A DNA stretch of 64,000 nucleotides from positions 53,632,001 to 53,696,000 of the forward strand of contig NC_045697.1 of NCBI RefSeq assembly GCF_009834535.1, read 5' to 3'. The translations under genes and the position numbers were made by a program. Of this stretch, positions 23,790 to 36,644 are shown piece after piece. How positions within the stretch are numbered: position 1 is the stretch's first letter; each line of letters starts with the position of its first letter. The notes beneath the pieces are model-generated. The model did not search any database and had not been told where the DNA came from. It saw only the letters and a list, made by a program, of their open reading frames with translations. Source of the stretch: Camelus ferus. Its lineage: Eukaryota.

Positions 23790-26615
23790 ATGGGGTCCTT
23801 AGAGCTGCTGTATCATAATACCTCAAATCTGATAGCTGACAACAACAGAAATTTATTTTTCCACAGTTCTGGAGGACAGAGGTCTGAAATCAAAGTGTTG
23901 TCAGTGTCCAGACCTCCTTGAGTGTTTGGGAAAGTGTTCATTCCATACCACTCTCTTAGCTTCTGGTGGCTGCTGACAATGCTTGTGTTCCTTGTCTGTA
24001 GCTCTCTCCAATCTCTGTGCCTGTCTTCATGTCACATTTCCTTTTGTGCATCTCTCATCCCCCTCCATCTTCCTTCTCAGAAGGACACCTGTCATTGGAT
24101 TTAGAGCCAATCCTAAATTTAGTATGAATTTACCTCAGTATTCTGAACTAATTACAGGCATACTTTGAAGATATTGTAGATTTGGTTCTGGACTACCACA
24201 ACAAAGCAAACATCACAATAAAATGAGTCACAGAAACTTATGGGGTTTCTCAGTGCATATAAAATTACTCCATTTTAGTTTCTTAAGGGTGCAGAAGCTT
24301 TCTGCCAAAAAACAATGGGCATCCACTAGTTTAAAACATAATTTTTGCCCTGAAATGCTAATCATCCTACGAGACTTCAGTGAGTCACAATTTTTGCTGG
24401 TGGAGAGTCTTGCCTCAATGTTTATAACTAGCAACCGATCAGAGTGGTGGTGCTAAAGACTAAGGGGGCTGTAGCCATTTCTTAAATGAGACAGCATTGA
24501 AGTTTGCCACATCAATTGACTCTACCTTTCACGAATGATATCGCTATAGCATGCAATGCTGTTTGATGCTATTTTATGCCCACAAGAACTTCTTTCAAAA
24601 TTGGAGTCAGTCTTCTCAAACCCTGTTGTCACTTTGTCAACTAAGTTTATGTCATACTCTAAATCCTATGTTTTTACTTAACTATCTTCACAGCATTTGT
24701 ACCAGGAGTCGCTTCCATCAGAAGGAATCACTTTGCTCATCCATAAGAAGCAACTCCTCACCTGTTACTTCTATCATGAAATTGCAGCAACTTAGTCACA
24801 TAGTCAGGCTCCACATCTGATTCTAGTTCTCCTGCTGTTCCTGCCTCATCCGCAATTTCTTCCTCCACTGAATTCTTGAACTCTTCAACGTCATCCTTGA
24901 GAGCAGGAATCACTTCTTCCACACTCCTTTTAATGCTGATATTTTGACCTCTTCCCATGAAACATGAATCATCTTAATGGATTCTAGAATGGTGAATCCT
25001 GTCCAGAAATGTTTCAGCTGACTTTGCCCACATCCATCACAGGAATCACTACCTATGGCAGCTACAGCCATACAAAAGCATGCCTTAAATGATAAGACTT
25101 GAAAGTTGAAATTACTTTTTGGTCCCTGAGCTATGGAATGGGTATTGGGGTAGCAGACATGAAAACAACATTAACCTCATTAGACCTTTCCATTACAGCT
25201 CTTGAGTGACCACGTACATTACCTAGAAGCAGTATATTTGAAATAAACTTTTTTTTTAATGAGCAGCAGGTCTCAACAGTGGGCTGAAAATATTCAATAT
25301 CCATGTTGTAGGCAGATTTGCTGTGTCATCTAGGTTTTGTTGTCCCACTTATAGAGCTCTGACAGAGTAGATTTAGCATAATTCTTAAGGCCTCTAGGAT
25401 TTGAGCCTTGAGAAATGAGCATTGGCTTCAATTTCAAGTCACCAGCTGCATTAACCCCTAAAGGAGAGTCAGCCTGTCCTCTGAACTTTTGAGCCAGACA
25501 TTGACATCTCCCCTTTAGCTATGAAAATCCCCGATGGCATCTTCTTCCAACAGAGGGCTGTTTCACCTGCATTGAAAATCTGCTGTTGATTACAGACACC
25601 TTCATGAATTATCTTCGCTAAACCTTCTGGATAACTTGCTGCAGCTTCTCCACCAGCACTTTCTGCTTCATCTTGAAGTTCCATGTTGTGAAGACACTTG
25701 ATTCTTTCAACCCCATGAATCAACCACTGCTAGTCTCAAAATTTACTTCTGCAGCTTCCTCACCTCTCTCAGCCTACATAGAATTGAAAACAGTTAAGGC
25801 CTTGTTCTGGACTAGGCTCTGGCTTAATGGAATGTTGTGGCTGTTTTGACCTTCCATCTAGACCGCAAAATACTTTCATCATATCAGCAATAAGGTTCTT
25901 AGTTTTCTTATCCTTCCTATGTTCACTAGAGTAGCACTTTAATTTTCCTTCCAAAATTTCTCCTTTCCAAAAAAAATTCTTACTTTGTCGCAATAAGCCT
26001 TGCTTTTGGCCTATTTCAACTTTCCACATGCCTTACTCACTAAGCTTCATTATTTCTAGGTTTTGGTTTAAAATGAGAGACTTGCAACTCTTCCTATCAC
26101 TTGAAAACTTACAGGCCAATGATGGTTATAAATGGGACTGATTTCAGTATTTTTGTTCTCAGGAAACAGGTTGCCCTGATGAAATGGAGAGAAACAGGGG
26201 AATAGCCCTTGATGGAGCAATGAGAACACATAATATTTAACAATTGTCAGCCATCTAATATGATGGAGGTTTTGCGGTGCCCTCAAATAATTACAATAGT
26301 AATGTCAAACATCACTGATCCCAGATCGCCATAACACATATAATAATAAAGAAAAAGCTTGAAATATCTCAAGAATTACCCAAATGTAACAGAGACACAA
26401 AGTGAACAAATAGTATTTGAAAAGTGGTGCTGATAGACTTCCTCTAGTCAGGTTGCCACAAACTTTCAGTTTGCAAAACATGCGGTATCTGTGAAGCAGA
26501 ATAAAGCAAAGCACAATAAAACAAGGTATGTGTGCACATTGCAAAGTCTCTCCATTTAAGGTCAAGGTCATAGGATCTGGGGGTAGCACGCAGACATATT
26601 TCGGGGTCCACTATT
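23790..26615 (-). mobile_element. MLT1-type MaLR LTR split by Tigger1 (parts at 23790-24154 and 26535-26615)
   Basis: aacaacagaaatttatt…cagttctggagg…aaggacacctgtcattggatttag…aactaatta; resumes after Tigger1 with cattgcaaag…ctattcaaccc. Confidence 0.8.
24155..26534 (-). mobile_element. Full-length Tigger1 (pogo/Tc1-mariner DNA transposon), decayed transposase
   Basis: TA|CAGGCATAC at the left end and ..aaggtatgtgtg|ca at the right (degenerate TIR/TA). Length about 2.38 kb. ORF 25469-25723 reads EAAASYPE.LAKII.EG…QQIFN..ETA..WKKMPS, a Tigger1 transposase motif. Confidence 0.92.
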
Positions 26616-27133
26616 CAACCCCCTCCACTCTTACAACAGCTTCCTCTCACCAACCTCCTGACCCGAGCCAAAACAGAAACAGAAAATCATGTCATGTTTC
26701 TGGGGATGGTGGAAATGAAAGTTCGTAAATATTTCAAGGAGGCAGAACGATTAACACCAATATATCTGGCCACTGCAAAACCAACATTTTCTTCAAATTT
26801 TTTTTTCTATGTTTTTTTAAACATTTTTTTATTGATTTATAATCATTTTACAATGTGTCAAATTCCAGTGTTCAGCACAATTTTTCAGTCATTCATGGAC
26901 ATATACACACTCATTGTCACATTTTTCTCTCTGTGAGTTATCATAACATTTTGTGTATATTTCCCTGTGCTATACAGTGTAATCTTGTTTATCTATTCTA
27001 CAATTTTGAAATCCCAGGCTATCCCTTCCCACCCTCCACCCCCCAGTAACCACAAGTCTGTATTCTCTGTCTGTGAGTCTATTTCTGTCCTTATTTACGC
27101 TTTGTTTTTGTTTGTTTGTTTTTGTTTTTGATT

Positions 27134-30100
27134 TTAGATTCCACATATGAGCGATCTCATATGGTATTTTTCTTTCTCTTTCTGGCTTACTTCACTTAGA
27201 ATGACATTCTCGAGGACAATCCATGTTGCTGCAAATGGCATTATGTTGTCAGTTTTTATGTCTGAGTAGTATTCCATTGTATAAATATACCACTTCTTCT
27301 TTATCCAGTGTCTGTTGATGGACATTTAGGCTGTTTCCATGTTTTGGCTATTGTAAATAGTGCTGCTATGAACATTGGGGTGCAGGTGTCATCCTGAAGT
27401 AGATTTCCTTCTGGATACAAGCCCAGGAGTGGGATTCCTGGGTCATATGGTAAGTCTATTCCTAGTCTTTTGAGGAATCTCCACACTGTTTTCCATAGTG
27501 GCTGCACCAAACTGCATTCCCACCAGCAGTGTAGAAGGGTTCCCCTTTCTCCACAGCCTCTCCAGCATTTGTCATTTGTGGATTTTTGAATGACGGCCAT
27601 TCTGACTGGTGTGAGGTGATACCTCATTGTAGTTTTGATTTGCATTTCTCTGATAATTAGTGATATTGAGCATTTTTTCATGTGCTTTTTGATCATTTGT
27701 ATGTCTTCCTTGGAGAATTGCTTTTTTATGTCTTCTGCCCATTTTTGGAACGGGTTGTTTATTTTTTTCTTATTGAGTCATATGAGCTGCTTATATATTC
27801 TGGAGCTCAAGCCTTTGTCGGTTTCACTTGCAAAAATTTTCTCCCATTCCGTAGGTTTTCTTCATGTTTTACTTCTGGTTTCCTTTGCTGTGCAGAAGCT
27901 TGTAAGTTTCATTAGGTCCCATTTGTTTATTCTTGCTTTTATTTCTTCTAGGAGAAAATTTTTTAAATGTATGTCAGATAATGTTTTGCCTATGTTTTCC
28001 TCTAGGAGGTTTATTGTATCTTGTCTTATGTTTAAGTCTTTAATCCATTTTGAGTTGATTTTTGTATATGGTGTAAGGGAGTGTTCTAGCTTCATTGTTT
28101 TACATGCTGCTGTCCAGTTTTCCCAACACTATTTGCTGAAGAGACTGTCTTTATTCCATTGTATATTCTTGCCTCCTTTGTCAAAGATGAGTTGACCAAA
28201 AGTTTGTGGGTTCATTTCTGGGCTCTCTATTCTGTTCCGTTGGTCTATATGTCTGTTTTGGTACCAATACCATGCTGTCTTGATGACTGTAGCTCTATAG
28301 TATTGTCTGAAGTCTGGGAGAGTTATTCCTCCAGCCTCTTTCTTTCTCTTCAGTAATGCTTTGGCAATTCTAGGTCTTTGATGGTTCCATATGAATTTTA
28401 TTATGATTTGTTCTATTCTGTGAAATATGTCCTGGGTAATTGGATAGGGATTGCATTAAATCTGTAGATTGCCTTGGGGAGTGTGACCATTTTAACAATA
28501 TTGATTCTTCCAATCCAAGAGCATGGAATATCTTTCCATTTTTTAAAGTCTTCTTTAATTTCCTTCATCAATGGTTTATAGTTTTCTCTGTATAATTCTT
28601 TCACCTCCTTGGTTAGATTTATTCCCAGATATTTTATTACTTTGGGTGCTATTTTAAAGGGGATTGTTTCTTTACTTTCTTCTTCTGTTGATTTATCATT
28701 AGTGTAAAGAAATGCAACTGATTTTTGAACGTTAATTTTGTAACGTGCTACCTTGCTGAATTCTTCAATCAGCTCTAGTAGCTTTTGTGTGGACCTTTTA
28801 GGGTTTTCTATATATAGTAACATGTCATCAGCATATAATGACACTTTTACCTCTTCTTTTCCAATTTGGATCCCTTTTATTTCTTTCTCTTGCCTGACTG
28901 CTGTGGCTAGGACTTCCAGGACTATGTTGAATAGGAGTGGTGAAAGTGGGCATCCTTGTCTTGTCCCAGATTTTAGTGGGAAGCTTTTGAGTTTTTCACC
29001 ATTGAGTACTATGCTGGCTGTAGGTTTGTCATATATAGCTTTTATTATGTTGAGATATGTTCCCTCTATACCCACTTTGGCGAGAGTTTTTATCATAAAT
29101 GGGTGTTGAATTTTATCAAATGCTATTTCTGCATCAATTGAGATGATCGTGTGGTTTTTGTCCTTTCTCTTGTTGATGTGATGTATTACACTGATTGATT
29201 TGCATATGTTGAACCAGCCTTGTGTCCCTGGGATGAACCCCACTTGGTCATGATGTATAATCTTTTTTATGTGTTGTTGGATTCTATTTGCTAAAATTTT
29301 GGTGAGGATTTTGGCATCTATGTTCATCAGTGATATTGGCCTATAATTCTCTTTTTTGTAGTGTCTTTGCCTGGTTTTGGTATTAGGGTGATGGTGGCTT
29401 CATAGAATGAGTTTGGGAGTATTCCCTCCTTTTCAATCGTCTGGAAGAGTTTGAGAAGGACTGGTATGAGTTCGGTGTATGTTTGGTAGAATTCCCCGGT
29501 GAAGCCGTCCGGTCCTGGACTTTTATTTGTAGGGAGATTTTTAATTGCTATTTCTATTTCCTTTCTAGTGATCGGATTGTTCAAGTGTTCAGATTCTTCT
29601 TGATTCAGTTTTGGTGGACAGTATGTTTCCAGAAACTTGTCCATCTCCTCTAGGTTATCCAGTTTGGTTCCATACAGTTTTTCATAATATTCTCGTATGA
29701 TATTCTGTATTTCTATTTTGTTTGTTGTAATTTCTCCATTTTCCTTTCTTATTTTGCTGATTTGTGCTCTCTCTTTTTTCTTCTTTGTGAGTTCGGCCAG
29801 AGGTTTGTCGATTTTATTTACTTTTTCAAAAAACCAGCTTTTGGTTTGGTTGATTTTTTCTATGGTCTTGTTAATCTCTATTGTATTTAATTCCCCTCTG
29901 ATCTTTATTATTTCCTTCCTTCTACTGCTTTTTGGGGCTTTTTGTTCTTCTTTTTCTAATTCATTCAGGTGGTGGGTTAAATTGTTTATTTGAGATTGTT
30001 CTTCTTTTTTGAGGAAGGCCTGTATCGCTATAAACTTCCCTCTTAGCACTGCCTTTGCTGTGTCCCATAGGTTTTGAGTGGTTGTGCTTTCATTATCATT

Positions 30101-30925
30101 TGTCTCAAGGTATTTTTTAATTTCAGCTTTGATTTCCTCATTGATCCATTGTTTATTCAATAACATATTGTTTAATCTCCATGCTTTCCTTTTTTTCTCC
30201 TTTGTTTCTCTGTTGTTGATTTCCAGTTTCATGGCATTGTGGTCCGTAAAGACGCTTGAGATAATTTCTATCTTCTTAAAATTGTTGAGGTTTCTTTTGT
30301 GCCCAAGTACATGATCGATCCTGGAAAATGTTCCACGTGCACTTGAAAAGAATGTATATCCTATTTTTGGGGGGTGTAATGTTCTGAAAATATCCACCAA
30401 ATCTAGTTTTTCTATTGTAGTATTTAATTTCTCTGTTGCCTTGTTTATTTTCTGTCTGGAAGATCTGTCTAGTGATGTTAATGTAGTGTTAAAATCTCCA
30501 ACTATGATTGTATTCCCATCAATATCCCCCTTTATCTCTGTTAGTAATTCTTGTATGTACTTTGGTGCTCCTATATTGGGTGCATATATATTAACGAGTG
30601 TAATATCCTCATCTTGTATCACTCCTTTAATCATTATAAAATGTCCTTCTTTATCTTTCTTTATGGCCTTTGTTTTAAAGTCTATTTTGCCTGAAATCAG
30701 TACTGCAACACCTGCTTTTTTGGCTTTTCCATTTGCATGGAATATCCTTTTCCATCCTTTCACTCTCAATCTATATGTGTCCTTCTCCCTAAAGTGGGTC
30801 TCTTGTATGCAGCATATTGAAGGTTCTTGCTGTATTATCCAGTCTGCCACTCTATGTCTTTTGACTGGAGCATTTAGTCCATTAACATTTACAGTAATTA
30901 ATGATAGATGTGTGTTTATTGCCAT
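27134..30925 (-). pseudogene. L1 ORF2 (endonuclease, reverse transcriptase, C-terminal), frameshifted
   Basis: NVNGLN, QETH, GDFN, TDH (endonuclease); [14 protein letters not shown] (RT); ends ..LICGI*. Frameshifts near 29352, 28416 and 27310, plus an in-frame 18-bp deletion at 27945 relative to the L1 copy at 1314-1331. Confidence 0.95.
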
Positions 30926-31329
30926 TTTGAACTTATCTTTGCAGTTGAATTGGTATGTCCTCTTTGTTCCTTTCTTCTTCCTATTGTGCTTTGGTAATTT
31001 TCCTTTGTATTTTCATGGATTTTATTTAATTTTTGTGACTCCTTTGTAAATTTCTGGCTTGTGGTTACCCTTTTTTGTAAATCTATTAACCCATTACTAT
31101 AACTGTTTTTATTAAACTGATAGTAACATGCTCTCAAACCCATCCTAGTGTTAAAAAAATTTAAAAATGAAAGAATAAGATATTCTATATTTCCCTGCCT
31201 CCCTCTCCCACTCTCAGTGATTTGTATGTCTTCTTTTATAATTTCATGTTTACTTTATTTGTAATTCATGAGTTATCACCTTTCCAGTTGTGAGTTTCTC
31301 ATTTCTGTAGCATCCTGCTGCTTTTCTAT

Positions 31330-32233
31330 TTAGAATAGCCCTTTCAATATTTCTTTTAGCATGGGTTTAGTGTTGCTAAACTCCTGCAGCTTTTTTTTTG
31401 TCTGTGAAACTCTTTATTTCTCCTTCTATCCTAAAGGATAGCCTTGCTGGATAAAGGATCCTAGGCTGCATCTTTTTTTCATTCAGGGCTTTGAATATAT
31501 CTTGCCACTCCCTTCTGGCCTATAGTGTTTGTGTAGAGAAATCAGCTGAGAGCCTTATGGGGGTTCCCTTGTAACTTACTCTTTGCTTTTCTCTTGCTGC
31601 CTTTAGAATCATTTCTTTATCCTTGACTCTGGCCATCTTGATTATGATATGTCTTGGTGTGGGTCTATTTGGGTTCTTCCTGTTTGGGACCCTCTGAGCT
31701 TCCTGTACTTGGATATCTGATTCCTTCTTTAAGTTTGGGAAGTTTTCAGTCATGATTTCTTCAAAAACCTTTTCAATCCCCTTTGATCTTTCTTCTCCTT
31801 CTGGGACCCCTATTATCCGAAGATTGGGATGCTTTATATTATCCCATAGGTCCCTTATGCTATTTTCATTATTTTTTACTTGCTTATCTTGTAGTTCTTC
31901 TGAATGGGTGCTTTCTATTGCCCTGTCTTCTAGATCACTAATTCGTTCCTCTGCATTATCTAGTCGGCTTTGCACAGCTATTAGATCATTCCTCATCTCT
32001 GTCAATGAGTTTACCCATTCTACTTGGCTCTTCTTTATAGCTTCAATTTCATTTTTGACATATTTTATATCTCTAAACACTATCTCTTTTAATTCCTTCA
32101 GCAATTCGATCACTCCTTTTTTGAAATCTTGATCTAGTAGGCTATCGATGTCTATTTCGTTGATCTTTCTTTCAGGGGATTTCTCTTCTTCTTTTAATTG
32201 GGAAAGGTTTTTCTGCTTATTCATCTTGCTCAT
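31330..32233 (-). pseudogene. L1 ORF1 (coiled-coil/RRM/CTD), premature stop and frameshift
   Basis: NLRIIGVPEGEE, PRHIIIK, PIRLSADFS. TAG at 31520-31522 precedes ARREW. An extra A lies in the run at 31391-31399. The natural stop is at 31330-31332. Confidence 0.93.
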
Positions 32234-32739
32234 ACCTCTCTGGCACTGTGGTTTATGAAGTATCAGTTGTTTATTTTGGTCCTTAAGGATTTTATCTATC
32301 TAATACCTATTTAGGAATAAAACTTAGGAAAAAAAGGAAAAAAAAAATAAGAGAGAGAGAAAGAATTTTAAAAGAAGGGAGAAAGAGGGTTTGAAAACAG
32401 TGTATAATGAATAATAGAAGAGTGAGTTGAAGCAGAGTATTAATCGGGTTGAGACGTCCTTTTAAAACCTTAACAAAAAAAAGGGGGGGGGAGATGAATC
32501 GATGTATTTGAAACCTGTGTCTAATCAATAACAGGACATCAAAACCCAAGAGAAATAGAAATGAATTAAGAAGTAAAAATTAAGAGAGTAATAGAAAATA
32601 GAACAGGTAAAAACAGATTTAAAAAAAAAAAGGGGAGGGGTGGGTTTGTCCGTGTTCTCCTGGAGTCTGTGTGCTTTTAATGTGAAGTCTTTCTGTCTTG
32701 TCTCCTGTTTTGGAAGCTCAGCTTACTGTTTTCAGAGGC

Positions 32740-33935
32740 CCTCCGTTGGCGCCCTCTTCTGTGCTGCTCCCAGCACCTGTCCGCAAGCAGATCGCGCCTC
32801 CTCCTAACACTGGGTCAGGTGCAGCTCTCCTCTGCTGTGGGCGGGCGGGTCGCTGCCCCTCCAGATGCCGCAGTCAGATGTTGCAGACTGGCCGGGTAGG
32901 AGGGCGGGTCGTGCCCCGTCCCAGCACCTCGGTCAGGGGCTGTTTTCCTGCCCAAAAGGCGGGGGGCCGCTCTCACTCTACCTGCACTGCCGGTAGCTCC
33001 GCTGCTCTGCCGGTAGCTCCACTGCTCTGTGTGACTGCGCGCTCCGCCCTGGTCGGCGCTCCGCGGGTGGGCTCGGGGAAGACCGAGGGACAGCCTTGTC
33101 CCTTCTCCGAGCCAGAACCCAGCTCCTTGTTTGTCTTTGTGGAGCAAGTTCTCTGAGGGACCAGGATGGAGGATCCTATCTGCCCCGGGCTGCAGGCCAG
33201 TCTCAGTCTGGCCTTTGAGGCTGCTAAGCCCTTCAGTGCGGATGCAGGTTTCGCTCCCACCCCAGCCTGGGTGCTCAGCTCCGGAGGATATAGCGGCTGT
33301 GCCTGAGCCCCGCCTCTCTTCCCCCGAAAACTTTCCGTGGGTTTTCAGAGATGGGGGTGTGCACCCTTCCCCCGAGAACAGATCAACCGTGCTGTTTTAT
33401 GGAGGGCCCAGGTTGTTCTGCCCTGTGCACCCACAGCCACGGCGCGCAGCCCCTTGCGTTCCCCCGGGGCTCCCTCCGTGCAGCCGCCCCCGTCCTCCGC
33501 CTAGCTTGTGCAGCCTGGCCCTGCCCGCGCCTGCCGGCCAGCGTCTCAGGCTCTGTGCCGGGGGGACGCTGTGTGCCAGTTTAACTTAGTTCTGTCAGTC
33601 AAGGGCTGCTCTGTACAGATCCGAGCCTCGGAGGCTCCCCCTCCGTCCCGCTGGCCTCTCAGTTGGAGAGGGGAGACCCCGCGAGCGAGCGCCAGTCCTC
33701 CTTTGCCGCTCCCTCCCCGCGGGACCCGTCCCGTGCTGCTTTGCCTTTTGTTCTTTCTTTTTTCCTTTTCTCCTACCAGATTTCTGGTGTCTTTATCTTT
33801 TGAAGAGGGCGATGTTCTGTCGGAGTTCCGCAGGTGCTCTGGTTGGCTGAGTGGGTCTGTAGATGTGGGTCTTGGTGTATTTGTGGGAGAGGGTGACCTG
33901 CGAGCGTCCTTCTACTCCGCCATCTCTCCGTCTCC
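32740..33935 (-). promoter_or_regulatory. CpG-rich L1 5'UTR internal promoter
   Basis: The only GC/CpG-rich island in the window. YY1-like CGCCATCT at 33918-33925 near the L1 5' end. Confidence 0.75.
32987..33026. repeat. 20-bp tandem duplication in the L1 5'UTR
   Basis: ctgccggtagctccgctgct followed by ctgccggtagctccactgct. Confidence 0.9.
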
Positions 33936-35789
33936 CATTTTCTTCAAACTGATAGTACACTTGTGCAAACTCATCCAAGACATGATTCCAATTTCATCCT
34001 CTGTGCCAGATGTGGTATCTCTGCTAGACTCAGACATCTCCAGTATGGAGTGAGGCCACTGCTTAGATGGGCGTGTTCTCCACCATCCCTACCAGAAAAG
34101 ATGTTTATAAACGGTTCTTATTCACTTGGAAGAAACAGTACACATTTACTCTTTGACATCAGGATTGTACTATAAACGCTTTTTTTTCCATAAACTATTA
34201 CCCACAAGATATAAATTACCTGGGTATCCTTCAGAAGATTGTACTGACTGACTGTATTTATGACATTTTGCAAATGAGACAGGAAAATTAGTGTCTAATA
34301 TATTGGAAACCTAAATATGACACATATGCTGTACAAAGTGTAAGATAACCCTATGAATATTCAAGTGTGATCTCAATAAAATTAACTGAGGTCTAATAGT
34401 CAGGTGTATTTGAGGTCATTACTTCCAAAGGAGAATAGAGTTTTGCATTTTGTCTTTTTTTTTTTTTTTTAACAAAGAAAAAAGAAACATTGATTTTTAA
34501 GTCTTTCAAGAATTGGGGGAAGAATATATATATTCCATTCTAGGACAAATATGCTACGTAACTCAAAAGACTGCCAGCTTTGAGTGGGACCCGACAAGGA
34601 AAGAACTCCACAGGAGGCCTATGCTGTGATGGGTTATAATATTATGGAGATCTTTTAGTATTCTTCTACATTTCTTTCACTTCACACTTTTCTAGTTGTT
34701 TTTTTTTTTTTTTTTTTTTCTTTCTTTCCTCTGACTGGATAACTTCAAATGACCTGCCTTTGTGTTCACACATTCTTTACTCTGCTTGACTGAGTCTGTT
34801 TCTGAGGCCCTGTATTCATTTTTCATTTCATTCAGCAGATTCCTTAGCTCCAGGATTTATGGCAGCTTTGTGTCCTTTTTCTTCTTGTTGTTATTCTTAA
34901 TTAAGCTAATCATTTTTTATTATTTTTCCCACTTAATTTTTAATTTTACTTGATTTCTGTGTTCAATCTCCTATTTTGATCAGGTCAGTAGTGATGTCTT
35001 GTTGTCATTAAACGTCATTTCCTTGCCTCTTTTTTCCCATAGCTTCCTCAGCTTCCTAAAAACATTTTTTAAAATTCTTTTCAGGCAACTTATACATCTG
35101 TATTTCTTTGTAGCTGTTTGCTGGAAAATCCTTGTGCTCCCTTGGTGGTGTCGTATTTCCCTGATTTCTCATGTTCTTCATAGGCTTGTGTTGGAATTTG
35201 CATTTAAGGAATCAGTGTCACCAAGCCCAGTCTTTACTGACTGGCTTTGAGATACAAATACTTCCACCCATCAGTCTGACTAGACATTCTGAGACTTCCT
35301 CAGGTGTTTCTGTGGATACACCTCCTCCACGTTTCTTTTTCTCACTTGAGCAGAAGAAATCCTCCAGGAATATCCTCAGATTGCATGCCTTCTTTTGAGT
35401 CCACATTGACAATCTGAGTGTTGGGGTCCCCCATTGCTTTCCCTAGAGCAGAGGCCTGAAGTGCTTGTGCTTGTGAGCCTTCTCCTGATCCCACAAACTT
35501 TTTACTCTAGTTTTGTGTACGACTTGAGGGAATGTTCCAGCTTCATCGATTTACATGCAGCTGCCCAGATTTCTCAACACCACGTTTAGAAGAGTTTGTC
35601 TTTTTTCCAATGTATATTCTTGCCACCTTTGCTGTAGTTTAATTCACTGTAGGTGTGCTGCTCTTTATTTTCATATCCTCAAAAAAAAGTTTTGAAATTC
35701 TCATTCTGAGCATTTGTTTCCAAACTCAGTGTATTGACTTTTCAGCCTTTTTTTTTTTTTCCATCAAAGTAGTTTCATTTCTTTTTAAT

Positions 35790-35929
35790 CCGTAATACAA
35801 AGTACACACTTCAAAGTTCAGCCCAACCTAGTATAAACTGGTTGGGCGGGACAAGTAAATGTCTTTGTATTGTGAGTCACGCACTTGGTTTAAGCTCAGA
35901 TTTCCTTTCAGCAAGAGTTAATCATGAAG
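35790..35929 (+). promoter_or_regulatory. Putative proximal promoter of UGT copy B
   Basis: Same motif series as copy A: caaagtaca, caaagttca, tataaa, gggcggg, tgagtca. Confidence 0.55.
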
Positions 35930-36644
35930 ACTGTGAAAGGCTTCTGTGTCCTTTTCATGCTGCATCTGGGTTTCTTTGACTCTGGAAGGACTGGGAAAGT
36001 ACTTGTATGGCCCATGGATTTCAGTCATTGGATTAATTTAAATGTGATTCTGGAAGAACTCCGCCATCGTGGGCACGAGATAACTGTCCTGGTACCTTCA
36101 CCAAGTCTCCTGCTTGATCATACCAAGATTCCTTTTAATGTGGAGATCCTCCAACTTCCGGTAACTAAAGAAACTCTCAGGGAAGAACTCGATACAATTC
36201 TCTATTCAGCTTCTTTTGAACTGTCAAATCTCTCCTGGTGGGAAATGCATATAAAACTGACAAAAATAGAGCACATTTTTTTTAGAACAATGAAAAGAGT
36301 ATGTGACAGTGCTATCACAGATAAGGATTTACTCAGCAGACTACAGGCAGCTAAGTTTGATATCTGCTTGGCTGACCCTTTAAGCTTTTGTGGGGAGTTA
36401 GTGGCTGAGCTCCTCAATATTCCATTTATATACTCTTTCCGGAGCTCCTACGGAAATGTCATTGAGAGATGGTGTGCTGGGCTTCCGATGCCTTCTTCCT
36501 ACGTTCCTGGAAGTACATCAAGACTGACACACAACATGTCTTTTGTACAGAGGCTGGAGAATTGGTTACTGTATACATTAATTGATATGCTGTATTCTTA
36601 CTATATATTTCCGGAATGGGATGCGTATTACAGCAATGTTTTAG
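35924..36644 (+). CDS. UGT2C1: UGT2C1-like copy B exon 1 (721 bp)
   Basis: MKTVKG...VLVWPMDFSHW, with His35 and Asp151 (CLADP). Donor TTAG|GTAAGA at 36645. Confidence 0.92.

Larger units (their letters stand above)
26798..33935 (-). mobile_element. Full-length young L1 (7138 bp), defective
   Basis: Perfect 13-bp TSD CATTTTCTTCAAA at 26785-26797 / 33936-33948. Poly-T tail, 3'UTR, ORF2, ~400 bp spacer, ORF1, and a ~1.7 kb 5'UTR with a CpG-rich part. Confidence 0.97.

Noticed and set aside
24155..26534. Domesticated TIGD-type transposase gene
   Set aside because: The transposase is broken into short frames and the catalytic-region DET motif is degenerate (NAGETA).
27635..32132. Hydrophobic + strand ORFs (186, 118, 202 and 126 aa)
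   Set aside because: Antisense shadows of A-rich L1 ORF1/ORF2.
32698..34053. Long + strand ORFs (152, 152 and 181 aa) antisense to the L1 5'UTR, as ORF0-like candidates
   Set aside because: They have non-ATG starts, lie in GC-rich stop-poor sequence and show no recognisable domain.
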